Shown: piece by piece, positions 1-9,179 of the stretch
Layout of the letters: each line of letters opens with the position of its first letter
Position numbering within the stretch: position 1 is the first letter of the stretch
Assembly: GCA_964511215.1 (NCBI GenBank)
Contig: CAZEER010000002.1
Location: 1-59,494 of the forward strand
Direction of reading: 5' to 3'
Source of the DNA: an uncultured bacterium
GTDB taxonomy: Bacteria > Fidelibacterota > Marinisomatia > Marinisomatales > UBA1611
DNA length: 59,494 nt
Notes under the pieces: generated by a model
Seen by the model: only the letters and a program-made list of their open reading frames with translations
The model's database searches: none
What the model was told of the DNA's origin: nothing
Program-made: the position numbers and the translations under genes

Positions 1-819
1 ACAAAATTATTTTTTTTAAAAGAAAAACCAGATTATGTATTTGTGGCTGCTGCAAGAGTAGGCGGAATTTTGGCCAATAATACTTTTAAGGGTCAGTTCT
101 TGTATGAAAATTTGGTAATCCAAAATAATATTATTCATTATGCCCATAAAGTTGGTGTGAAGAAATTGCTTTTTCTTGGTTCAGCATGTATATACCCAAA
201 GCTTGCCAAGCAACCTATAAAAGAGCAAGCATTACTTACAGGTGAGTTGGAACCAACAAATGAACCTTATGCGATAGCAAAAATTGCTGGTATTAAGTTA
301 TGCCAAAGTTATTTTGAGGAATATAATGAAAATTTTATCTCAGTTATGCCAAATAATTTATATGGTGAAAATGACAACTTTGATCTTAAAACATCTCATG
401 TAGTTCCGGCTTTGATTCGGAAGATGCATAGTGCAAAAAAAAATGCAAAAAAAGATGTGGAAATCTGGGGCAGTGGTGATCCATTAAGAGAATTTTTACA
501 TGTTGATGATTTAGCAGATGCAGTTGTGTTTTTGATGATTAATCTTGAAGCAAAAGAATTATACAAAATGGATATTGCGCATGTCAACATTGGCTCTGGA
601 AATGAATTAAGTATAAGGCAATTAGCAATTTTAATTAGCAAAATAGTTGGGTTTAAGGGCAATTTAATTTTTAATAATAATATGCTAGATGGTACAATGA
701 GAAAGGTCCTTGATACATCTGTTTTAAATAGTTTAGGATGGAAGCCTAAGATTGGTTTAAATGACGGTTTAAATAGCGTATATAGTTGGTATAAAAAATA
801 TTATTGCGAAAAAATATAG
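1..819 (+). CDS. fcl: GDP-L-fucose synthase (GDP-4-keto-6-deoxymannose 3,5-epimerase/4-reductase), 5'-truncated by the window edge
   Basis: Frame 1 is open from base 1 (TKLFFLKEKPDYVFVAAARVGGI...), so the GTG at 43 is not the real start. AARVGGI, LGSACIYPK, YAIAKIAG (YxxxK) and the NLYGENDNF order are collinear with Fcl/WcaG. Confidence 0.9.
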   Translation, partial: TKLFFLKEKPDYVFVAAARVGGILANNTFKGQFLYENLVIQNNIIHYAHKVGVKKLLFLGSACIYPKLAKQPIKEQALLTGELEPTNEPYAIAKIAGIKLCQSYFEEYNENFISVMPNNLYGENDNFDLKTSHVVPALIRKMHSAKKNAKKDVEIWGSGDPLREFLHVDDLADAVVFLMINLEAKELYKMDIAHVNIGSGNELSIRQLAILISKIVGFKGNLIFNNNMLDGTMRKVLDTSVLNSLGWKPKIGLNDGLNSVYSWYKKYYCEKI

Positions 820-820
820 T

Positions 821-840
821 GGTAGTTATTATGGTAGTTA
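821..840 (+). promoter_or_regulatory. direct-repeat pair GGTAGTTA-N4-GGTAGTTA (ops-like / operator-like motif)
   Basis: Exact octamers at 821-828 and 833-840, starting 2 nt after the fcl stop. Confidence 0.5.
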
Positions 841-917
841 AATATAAGTTAAATAATAACAGTAAATAATAGATAATATGAATTTTAATAAAAAATATAA
901 AAATTTTATATAATAAT

Positions 918-925
918 GGTAGTTA
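918..925 (+). promoter_or_regulatory. single GGTAGTTA motif copy upstream of galE
   Basis: Exact octamer 25 nt before the galE TTG. Confidence 0.4.
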
Positions 926-949
926 ATTAATCTTTATGGAATATATAAA

Positions 950-1930
950 TTGAATTTACTTATTACGGGTGGTGCGGGTTATATTGGATCGCACGTTGTT
1001 TTGGCTGCTCTTGACCAAGGATGTCATGTAACTGTTTTTGATAATTTATCTACAGGTGTTGAACAAAATATTAATAATAAAACTCGTTTTGTATTTGGAT
1101 CGATTTCTTCGAAAAATGAACTATTAAAATTATTTAAAAATAATAAATATGATGCGGTTATTCATCTCGCAGGGAGTAAAGCGGCAGGTGATTCCATGCT
1201 AAATCCTTTAAAGTATGCTGAAGATAATATAATGCATGGGCTTAATCTTATAAATGCTTGTGTAGAGCATGGTATTAAAATTTTCATTTTTTCTTCTTCC
1301 GCAGCAGTCTACGGTAAACCACAATACATTCCAATTGATGAAACTCATCCATTAAAGCCATATAATTATTACGGTTATACTAAACTTGTTATTGAAGAAA
1401 ACCTCAAATGGTTCAGTATGCTAAAAAAAATTCAATTTGCATCATTAAGATATTTTAATGCTGCAGGATATGATATAAATAATAGGATTAATGGTATTGA
1501 AATAAATCCACAAAATCTTATACCAATAGTTATGGAAACTGCAATTGGGAAACGAAAAAAAGTAAAAATATATGGGAATGATTATAAAACTCTAGATGGA
1601 ACTGGGGTACGCGATTATGTACATGTAAATGATCTAGCAAAGGCTCATTTGAACGCAATAGATTATATTCTTAAAAATGAAAAAGATCTCACTATTAATT
1701 TAGGTACAGAAACTGGATATTCAGTTTTAGAAATAATAAATAAAACTATGCATAAAAGTAATAAAATTATAGGATATGATTTTAAAAATAGACGAGTTGG
1801 AGACTCAGATGTACTTATATCAAAATCATCCTTAGCAAAAGAATTAATTAATTGGGAGGCAACATACTCTGACTTAGATACTATAATTAGTTCTACGTGG
1901 CAGGTATATAAGAAAAAATTATGTTTATAA
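950..1930 (+). CDS. galE: UDP-glucose 4-epimerase
   Basis: TTG start with no in-frame ATG upstream. Rossmann LITGGAGYIGSH, YGYTKLVIE (YxxxK) and DGTGVRDYVHVNDLA; 326 aa collinear with GalE. Confidence 0.85.
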   Translation: MNLLITGGAGYIGSHVVLAALDQGCHVTVFDNLSTGVEQNINNKTRFVFGSISSKNELLKLFKNNKYDAVIHLAGSKAAGDSMLNPLKYAEDNIMHGLNLINACVEHGIKIFIFSSSAAVYGKPQYIPIDETHPLKPYNYYGYTKLVIEENLKWFSMLKKIQFASLRYFNAAGYDINNRINGIEINPQNLIPIVMETAIGKRKKVKIYGNDYKTLDGTGVRDYVHVNDLAKAHLNAIDYILKNEKDLTINLGTETGYSVLEIINKTMHKSNKIIGYDFKNRRVGDSDVLISKSSLAKELINWEATYSDLDTIISSTWQVYKKKLCL

Positions 1931-1995
1931 ATATGTTATCTTGAAATAAAGATAATAAATAGGATATTATTTTAAATGCTAAAGAAAATTCAATT

Positions 1996-3294
1996 ATGAA
2001 AAAAAATAAATATGAAATAAAAATAGCTATAATTGGACTTGGATATGTAGGCTTACCCCTTGCAGTGGAGTTCTGTAAAAAATTCTCTGTTGTTGGTTTT
2101 GATTTAAATGAAAAACGAATTGATGAGCTTAATAATAATTATGATAGGACTAATGAAGTCGAAGAAAATGTACTTATTAAATCAAAAAGTCTTATTATTT
2201 CATCAGAAGTTGAATCTATCATTGATGCTAATGTTTATATCGTCACAGTTCCTACACCAATAGATGCTAATAAAAAACCAAATCTCAATCCATTAAAATT
2301 GGCATCGAAAACAGTAGGTGGTGTCCTAGCTGTAAATGACATTGTAATCTATGAATCTACAGTATTTCCTAATTGTACTGAGGAAATATGTGTTCCAATT
2401 TTAGTGAAATATTCCAAATTGAAATATAATGAAGAATTTTTTTGTGGATATAGTCCTGAAAGAATTAACCCTGGAGATAAAGAGCACACTCTTACCAAAA
2501 TAAAAAAAATTACTTCAGGTTCAGATAAAAAAACGGCTCAATTTGTGGATGAGCTTTATGATTGCATAATCGAAGCGGGTACTCTTAAAGTTTCTTCTAT
2601 TGCTGTTGCTGAGGCAGCAAAGGTAATTGAGAACACCCAAAGAGATGTAAATATTGCTCTTGTTAATGAACTAGCTCTTATTTTTAATAAAATGGACTTA
2701 GACTCGAAAGAAATTTTTGATGCTGCATCAACAAAATGGAATTTTATTCCCTTTCGCCCAGGATTAGTTGGAGGACATTGCATTGGTGTAGATCCATATT
2801 ATCTAACCTATAAGGCTAATGATGTTGGGTACGATCCTAAAATTATTTTGGCTGGAAGAAGAATTAATGATGCAATGGGTAATTTTATTGCTGATAGTAC
2901 TATTCAAGAATTAGTAAAGCAAGGGATCCATCCCAAGGGTGCAAAAGTTGCAATATTTGGCATTTCATTTAAAGAAAACTGCCCCGATTTTCGTAATACT
3001 AAAGTTTTATCTATTATTGATCAGTTGAGATATTATAAGTGTAAAATAGTAATATCTGATCATCGGGTTGACTCTATGACTGTTAAAGAAAAACTAGGTT
3101 TGGACCTATGTAGATTAACTGAAGTTAAAAATCAAAATGCTATTATTGTTGCAGTAAGCCACAAAGAATATTATAATTTTAAACAAAATGATTGGAAAAG
3201 AATGCTGCAATCTGGGGGTGTTATAATCGATGTAAAATCAATCTATGACAAAGATACATTTGCTAATAAAAATATTAGATATTGGAGATTATAG
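1996..3294 (+). CDS. UDP-N-acetyl-hexosamine / nucleotide-sugar 6-dehydrogenase (TviB/WbpO/Cap5O type)
   Basis: KIAIIGLGYVGLPLAVEF NAD fold, GYSPERINPGD, catalytic Cys region GLVGGHCIGVDPYYL; 432 aa. Confidence 0.8.
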   Translation: MKKNKYEIKIAIIGLGYVGLPLAVEFCKKFSVVGFDLNEKRIDELNNNYDRTNEVEENVLIKSKSLIISSEVESIIDANVYIVTVPTPIDANKKPNLNPLKLASKTVGGVLAVNDIVIYESTVFPNCTEEICVPILVKYSKLKYNEEFFCGYSPERINPGDKEHTLTKIKKITSGSDKKTAQFVDELYDCIIEAGTLKVSSIAVAEAAKVIENTQRDVNIALVNELALIFNKMDLDSKEIFDAASTKWNFIPFRPGLVGGHCIGVDPYYLTYKANDVGYDPKIILAGRRINDAMGNFIADSTIQELVKQGIHPKGAKVAIFGISFKENCPDFRNTKVLSIIDQLRYYKCKIVISDHRVDSMTVKEKLGLDLCRLTEVKNQNAIIVAVSHKEYYNFKQNDWKRMLQSGGVIIDVKSIYDKDTFANKNIRYWRL

Positions 3295-3302
3295 AAAATT
3301 TA

Positions 3303-4256
3303 ATGGAAAAGATTCTTATAACAGGCAGCGCTGGTTTTATAGGGATGCATTTATGTAAATATTTATTGAATGATGGATATGATGTTTTAGGTATTGATAA
3401 TATTAATAATTATTATAACAGTATATTGAAAAAGAATAGGCTTAAAGTTTTACGAGGTTATGATAACTTTGAGTTTATTAAAGCAGATATATCAGATCTT
3501 AGAAATTTGGAATCTATATTTAATACATATGAGCCGAATAAAGTTGTTAACCTTGCAGCGCAGGCAGGTGTTAGATATAGCTTGAAAAATCCTCACGCAT
3601 ATATTCAATCTAATATAGTTGGTTTTATGAATATTGCCGAATGTTGTAGAAAATATGCAGTAAATGGATTGATTTATGCTTCAAGTTCATCTGTGTATGG
3701 ATTAAATGATGACATCCCTTTTAAAGTTATTGATAGAGTAGATAAGCCAATTTCAATTTATGCGGTTTCAAAAAAAACAAATGAACATATAGCCCATGCT
3801 TATAACCACCTTTACGATTTAAGATCAACAGGGTTGAGATTTTTTTCAGTTTATGGCCCATGGGGAAGACCAGATATGGCTATTTATATATTTACTGATA
3901 AAATTCAAAAAGGTCAAACAATAAACGTATTCAATCATGGGAATATGTACCGTGATTTCACTTACATTGATGATATAATACAAGGTACCGTAGCTAGTAT
4001 AGAGAATAATTATAAATACGAATTATTCAATTTAGGAAATAATAGATGTGAAAATATCATGGAATTAATTGAATTGATTGAAGAAAATTTAAAAATCAAA
4101 GCAAAAATTAAGTTTATGGATATACAGCCTGGTGATGTAGAAAAAACTTTTGCTGATATAAAGTATTCTAAAGATATGTTAGGGTATGAGCCTCATACTT
4201 CAATACATGAAGGTATTCCAAAGTTTATTGATTGGTATAAATCCTATATTATATAG
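3303..4256 (+). CDS. NAD-dependent epimerase, UDP-glucuronate/UDP-HexNAcA 4-epimerase-like (TviC/Cap1J type)
   Basis: The ORF opens at TTG 3282, but ATG 3303 gives MEKILITGSAGFIGMH. YAVSKKTNE (YxxxK) and RFFSVYGPWGRPDMA. Functional partner of the preceding dehydrogenase. Confidence 0.8.
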   Translation: MEKILITGSAGFIGMHLCKYLLNDGYDVLGIDNINNYYNSILKKNRLKVLRGYDNFEFIKADISDLRNLESIFNTYEPNKVVNLAAQAGVRYSLKNPHAYIQSNIVGFMNIAECCRKYAVNGLIYASSSSVYGLNDDIPFKVIDRVDKPISIYAVSKKTNEHIAHAYNHLYDLRSTGLRFFSVYGPWGRPDMAIYIFTDKIQKGQTINVFNHGNMYRDFTYIDDIIQGTVASIENNYKYELFNLGNNRCENIMELIELIEENLKIKAKIKFMDIQPGDVEKTFADIKYSKDMLGYEPHTSIHEGIPKFIDWYKSYII

Positions 4257-4314
4257 ATATTGATTTTATTTAAAACAATTTAATTAAATAGTTTAAATTA
4301 TCCATTTAACTTAA

Positions 4315-4333
4315 GGTAGTTGTTTGGTAGTTA
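4315..4333 (+). promoter_or_regulatory. direct-repeat pair GGTAGTTG-N3-GGTAGTTA
   Basis: Copies at 4315-4322 and 4326-4333 in the 349-bp spacer before the export genes. Confidence 0.5.
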
Positions 4334-4503
4334 ATTCATGATACGCCTATAATAACTTGAAATATTTTATATAATTTTCAATGTATTACTGTTAATAAAA
4401 TTAACTTTTTAATTAAAACCCACTATATAATTCATATGTTGGCAATTAAGATATTATGTAAATTAAAGTAAATTATTTATCAGCAGATATCTTAATTTCA
4501 TAT

Positions 4504-4523
4504 GGTAGTTATAAAGGTAGTTG
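4504..4523 (+). promoter_or_regulatory. direct-repeat pair GGTAGTTA-N4-GGTAGTTG
   Basis: Copies at 4504-4511 and 4516-4523, about 85 nt before the ATG at 4606. Confidence 0.5.
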
Positions 4524-4605
4524 AAATATATTTCTTTAAAGTTATATTTAGATATTCAATGCATAGTATTTTTTCATTCAAAAAGGAAACTATTAAAAGG
4601 TATAT

Positions 4606-5418
4606 ATGAGTAGTATTTATCAAAAAGGTAGAGACGGATATTATTATTATCAGACTTATGTGCTGAATAAAGAAACAGGAAAGAAGAATAAAAAAGTTTT
4701 CCACTCTCTTGGGACTAGAGATTTATCTGAAGCTAAAATAAAACAGGATATTTTAGATAAGAAGTATGAGAAAAAACTAATTCAGGGTAAACGAAAATAT
4801 TTTATAGCCTTTTACAGTAAACTAAGATTTATTTTTGTAGTTGTAGTTACTATATGTATAACAATTATTATTTTAACTCTATTTGATGCTAAAGAGCAGG
4901 GTAATTCCTCTTTTAGTAATAATAATGCTCATATTGAAAAAAATAAAAATAAAAATGTAATTGATGTCAAGCAGGATAGTAAAATAGAAAAATTATTATT
5001 ACCTGAGAAAAAGGTTAATTCTGCAATAAATACAATCATAGCTAAGAAAACAGAGGTTGAAGTTTCTAAAGTAATTAATAAATCACAGCCTAGTATACCA
5101 GAATATTCAATTGCAAGGATTCAACCTTTATCTGATTTGTTTAAACAAGGTAAAATTTTTATAAATGTAAAAAAAGATACAGATGAAAAAAGTTTAGAAT
5201 TATTATGCGAGAAAGTTGCCTCTGATTATTCTGAGTTTGCAAATATAATTATTTGTTTATACGCTGATAATAATGTAGGGAAGGAAATGGCTAGTGGGAA
5301 AGTAAGTAAAATTAATAGCAATGAGCAGAGAGAGGCCTGGCTTGCTATGTACACATATAATCCTGTAGAAGGTAGCTACTTTGATGGAAAACCAGGAAGA
5401 TATCTAGGGAGTTATTAA
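4606..5418 (+). CDS. hypothetical single-pass membrane protein with an integrase-Arm-like N-terminal domain
   Basis: N-terminus IYQKGRDGYYYYQTYVLNKETGKKNKKVFHSLGTRDLSEAKIKQ resembles Arm-type DNA-binding domains of tyrosine integrases. One hydrophobic helix (FIFVVVVTICITIIILTLF) is followed by about 170 aa with no family I recognise. Directly abuts the wza-like start. Confidence 0.5.
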   Translation: MSSIYQKGRDGYYYYQTYVLNKETGKKNKKVFHSLGTRDLSEAKIKQDILDKKYEKKLIQGKRKYFIAFYSKLRFIFVVVVTICITIIILTLFDAKEQGNSSFSNNNAHIEKNKNKNVIDVKQDSKIEKLLLPEKKVNSAINTIIAKKTEVEVSKVINKSQPSIPEYSIARIQPLSDLFKQGKIFINVKKDTDEKSLELLCEKVASDYSEFANIIICLYADNNVGKEMASGKVSKINSNEQREAWLAMYTYNPVEGSYFDGKPGRYLGSY

Positions 5419-8400
5419 ATGAAAAATACATTTTTGATATTTCTTTTAATATTGCAATTTTTATTTTCTCAGACAACGCAACAAATAAAGCGCGCCAAAG
5501 AAATGATGAAAAAAACAGGCATTTCAGAATCAGAGGCACGTACTATGGCCAAATCTCAGGGGTATACTGATAAACAGATTAATGATGCAGTAAAAAAGGC
5601 TAAAGGAAAGAAAGAGGAATCGTATAGCTTAGATAAAACTCAGGAAACTAGAAAAGCTGGAGTCCCTGATCTTGGGAAATCTAATAACTCTGTCGATGAA
5701 AATCCTTTGGAACTTCAAGGGAATGTAATTGAAGATTTAGAAAATGAATTGTCTGCCGATGTGGAGTCCATGGATGTGGATTTCATTGATGAGGATATCA
5801 AGGTAGCAACAGAAGATCAAGATAAAAGAGTGAATCTACAATATTTTGGTTATGCAATATTTCAAAGAGATCCAGCATTATTTCAGGCTACCTCTGTTGG
5901 AGCTGTTGATCCAGAGTATGTTATCGGTCCCGGTGATGAGATTATTTTAATGTTATGGGGTGAGACTCAATTCAGGCAAGTGCTTAGTGTAAATCGAGAA
6001 GGATTTATATTTATTCCTGAAATTGGTCAAGTGTTTGTGAATGGTCTTAACCTTAATTTATTAGAGTCAAAACTGTTTCGAGTATTATCTCAATCTTATT
6101 CAAGCCTAAGTCCACAAGGTAGAAAAGCAACAACATTTCTTGATGTAAGTTTAGGTAATCTTCGCCCTCTGCGTATCCAAGTTATTGGTGAAGTCGCTCA
6201 GCCAGGAGCGTATACAATAAGTCCATCAGCTACACTTTTTTCTGCTCTGTATTATTTTAATGGCCCCACAGTCATGGGTTCATTGCGAGATATTCGATTA
6301 ATAAGAAATGGTAAAGAAATTGCGACTATAGATTTTTATGATTACTTACTTACTGGTAAAAAGCCTAATGATCAAAAATTGCAATTAGGAGATGTTATTT
6401 TCATACCAAAACGAATGAAAACAGTATCGATTGAAGGAGAGGTTAATAGGCCGGGGATTTATGAATTAAAACCTGGAGAAACATTAAAAACAATGTTATC
6501 TATTGGTGGAGACTTAAAGGTTACCGCATATTTAGATCGCGCCCAAATTGACAGAATTGTACCATTTGACAAAAGATTAGAGACAGGGATGGATCGGATG
6601 TATATTGATGTAAACCTAGCTGAATTTTTAGAAGGTGACCAACCATTTGATCTTCTTGATGGTGATAAGATTCAAATTTTTTCAGTTTTGGATGTTCGAC
6701 AAAATGTTGTTGATATCAAAGGCGCTGTTACGCGACCAGGGACATATGATTTAGGAGATTCATTAAGACTTGGTGAATTAATAAATAAGGCTGACGGATT
6801 GCTGGGAGATGCTTATCTTGATAGAATAGATTTAATAAGGACTCTACCAGATTTTAATGAGGAACTAATTAAGTTAAATCTTGATATGGTATTATCTGGA
6901 AATTTAGAGCAAGATATAAAATTGCAAAGTATGGATCAGGTACGAGTGTACAGTATGTCGGAGATGGTCGCAAAAACGTTTGTATCTATTGAAGGTCATG
7001 TAAAAAAACCAGGGGCTTATCCCTTAAAACAAAATATGACTTTATATGATCTAATTTTTAGTGCTGGTGGATATTTGGATGAGGAATTCAAAAAAGATGC
7101 TTATTTAAATAGAGCTGATCTTGTGCGAAAAAGAGATGATAGAAAGAAAACAATCATTCCTTTTAACCTTGGATTAGTTTTAGATAAAGAGGACCTCGCA
7201 TCAACGCTTTTGCAATCAGGAGATTATATAAAAATCTATAGTTTAGAAGAAATTAGAGGTGGCAATGGTACAGTATCAATTAGAGGGCATGTCAAATTCC
7301 CTGGAACATATGAGCTTTATGAAGATAATATGCGTATTAGTGACCTATTATTTAAAGTTGGAGGATTTAATGATGAAAAATTCAAGGCTCTTGTTTTTTT
7401 GGATCGGGCTGACCTGATACGTTTTGATTCAAATTACATTAATAAAAGAGTCATACCTTTTAGCCTTGGGAATATTTTGTCGGACTATGAAGATGAGCAA
7501 AATTTCAGGTTAAATGCAGAGGATGAGATTGTAATTTATTCAAATAAAATTTTTAATGACATTGCAACTGTTAATATTGCTGGTGCGATAAATAATCCTG
7601 GACTTTACGATCTGAAAAATGGGATGACAATTATTGATCTAATCTTAGAGTCTGGAGGTATTCAAAAGGGAGTTTATAAATATTCCATAGAAATTGCGAG
7701 ACTTAACCCGGAAAATGTAAATGATGAAAGCTATGCAAAAACTATTATGCTAGGGATGTATAGTGATTTTACTATTGGTAATATTGACTATGATATATCA
7801 GAAGAATCAGGTAAAGTAAATATTAATCGTCAAAATGATTTTCTACTGGAAGCCTATGATCATGTTACAATCCATGCCGATCCAGAATATCTTTTACAGC
7901 GTAAAGTGTCTATTTCGGGCGCAGTATATTTTCCTGGGGAATATATAATAACGAATTCATCAGAAACTATTTCAGATATTATTAGTAGAGCAGGAAATTT
8001 AAGGCCTAACGCATATCCAATAGCTTCAACTTTTACTCGTCTCGGTCAGATGATTCAGGTTGATTTAGAGGAAATTATTAAGAAACCCTATTCGAAATTA
8101 GATGTGCCTGTTATTGATGGGGATGAAATTTTTGTAGCTGTGCATCCAACAATAATGCAAGTGGTGGGAGAAGTAAGCTCACCAGGGTTTTATAAATTTT
8201 CACCTGGGGGTCGAGTAAATGATTATATTAATCAAGCTGGCGGTTTTTCTCAAGATGCAGAAAAAGGGAACATCTGGATTCGATATCCGTCAGGCGAATC
8301 CAAGAGATACAATAGATTTTTTGGGAATCCAAAAGTTTTAGATGGATCAATAATTACTGTTGGTCGAAAAAAAGAGGAAGAGCCATTTGATAAAACTGAA

Positions 8401-8475
8401 TTTGCTAAAGAAATATCTTCTATTTTGGCAGATTTTGCACAAGTTTTTATATTATTTGTCGCAGTACAACAATGA
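5419..8475 (+). CDS. polysaccharide export outer-membrane protein, giant Wza-like with eight SLBB-type repeats
   Basis: Signal peptide MKNTFLIFLLILQFLFSQ. Poly_export-like YVIGPGDEIILMLWGE. Eight repeats of V.I.G.V..PG.Y.(L) ... GG (e.g. VSIEGEVNRPGIYELK, VSIEGHVKKPGAYPLK). Hydrophobic C-terminal helix FAQVFILFVAV. Confidence 0.85.
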   Translation: MKNTFLIFLLILQFLFSQTTQQIKRAKEMMKKTGISESEARTMAKSQGYTDKQINDAVKKAKGKKEESYSLDKTQETRKAGVPDLGKSNNSVDENPLELQGNVIEDLENELSADVESMDVDFIDEDIKVATEDQDKRVNLQYFGYAIFQRDPALFQATSVGAVDPEYVIGPGDEIILMLWGETQFRQVLSVNREGFIFIPEIGQVFVNGLNLNLLESKLFRVLSQSYSSLSPQGRKATTFLDVSLGNLRPLRIQVIGEVAQPGAYTISPSATLFSALYYFNGPTVMGSLRDIRLIRNGKEIATIDFYDYLLTGKKPNDQKLQLGDVIFIPKRMKTVSIEGEVNRPGIYELKPGETLKTMLSIGGDLKVTAYLDRAQIDRIVPFDKRLETGMDRMYIDVNLAEFLEGDQPFDLLDGDKIQIFSVLDVRQNVVDIKGAVTRPGTYDLGDSLRLGELINKADGLLGDAYLDRIDLIRTLPDFNEELIKLNLDMVLSGNLEQDIKLQSMDQVRVYSMSEMVAKTFVSIEGHVKKPGAYPLKQNMTLYDLIFSAGGYLDEEFKKDAYLNRADLVRKRDDRKKTIIPFNLGLVLDKEDLASTLLQSGDYIKIYSLEEIRGGNGTVSIRGHVKFPGTYELYEDNMRISDLLFKVGGFNDEKFKALVFLDRADLIRFDSNYINKRVIPFSLGNILSDYEDEQNFRLNAEDEIVIYSNKIFNDIATVNIAGAINNPGLYDLKNGMTIIDLILESGGIQKGVYKYSIEIARLNPENVNDESYAKTIMLGMYSDFTIGNIDYDISEESGKVNINRQNDFLLEAYDHVTIHADPEYLLQRKVSISGAVYFPGEYIITNSSETISDIISRAGNLRPNAYPIASTFTRLGQMIQVDLEEIIKKPYSKLDVPVIDGDEIFVAVHPTIMQVVGEVSSPGFYKFSPGGRVNDYINQAGGFSQDAEKGNIWIRYPSGESKRYNRFFGNPKVLDGSIITVGRKKEEEPFDKTEFAKEISSILADFAQVFILFVAVQQ

Positions 8476-8633
8476 AAATATTAAACAAAAATCTGACCAT
8501 GTTATTTCAAGGAAAGAATAAAAATTACTATTTATTTTAGATTGAAAAGAAAATAAATGAATATTTGTGAATATTATATCTTGTTAATGTTTTGCAAAAA
8601 GAGTAAAATTTTTACTCAAAACGTGTTGTTATA

Positions 8634-9179
8634 ATGCTTAATAGTCTCATTACTTCAAAAACTCGCTTAAAACTTCTGATGAAATTCTTTATAAACTCTG
8701 GAACTACATCTTATCTTCGCGAACTTGCAACTGAGTTTGGTGAGTCAACCAACAGTATTCGTTTAGAATTGAATCGTTTAACAGCAGCAAAGTTGCTTTC
8801 ATCGGAAAATGCTGGTAGGACTGTACAATATCAGGCAAATAAAAAACACAGTTTGTTTAATGAAATTAATAGTCTAGTAAAAAAATATATAGGGATAGAT
8901 AAAATTATTGATAAACTAGTAAAAAGAATTGGCTTTGTTGACGCAGCTTATTTAATTGGAGATTATTCTCGTGGTATAGATTCTGGTTTGATTGATTTAG
9001 TATTGGTGGGAGAAATAAATATAAATGTACTTCATGAGATATCTGATAGAAGAGGTGCAGAAATCAAACGCAAAATTCGTTATTTAGTTTTAACAAATAA
9101 GGAACTATTGGAACTGTGGTCTCAACTAGGTATGGATCAAGCATTATTAATTTGGGGAAACCCAATAAAAAACACGTAA
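8634..9179 (+). CDS. winged-helix (ArsR-like) transcriptional regulator with a degenerate nucleotidyltransferase-like C-terminal domain
   Basis: LITSKTRLKLLMKFFIN...SYLRELATEFGESTNSIRLELNRL is the wHTH pattern common next to polysaccharide loci in Bacteroidota-like genomes. C-terminus YLIGDYSRGIDSGLIDLVLVGE looks like a minimal NTase fold lacking a clear DxD. Confidence 0.7.
   Translation: MLNSLITSKTRLKLLMKFFINSGTTSYLRELATEFGESTNSIRLELNRLTAAKLLSSENAGRTVQYQANKKHSLFNEINSLVKKYIGIDKIIDKLVKRIGFVDAAYLIGDYSRGIDSGLIDLVLVGEININVLHEISDRRGAEIKRKIRYLVLTNKELLELWSQLGMDQALLIWGNPIKNT

Noticed and set aside
4498-4704. 68-aa minus-strand ORF spanning the start of the 4606 gene
   Set aside because: It is a hydrophobic AT-rich shadow ORF that overlaps the + strand start region and the GGTAGTT repeats. 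No independent support.
4606-4760. Integrase remnant / mobile-element boundary suggested by the Arm-like N-terminus
   Set aside because: No tyrosine-recombinase catalytic domain (R..HxxR..Y) follows in any frame. There is no flanking tRNA and no att-like duplication that I could see. The ORF continues into a TM helix and an unrelated domain, so I treat it as a domesticated DNA-binding module rather than a mobile element.
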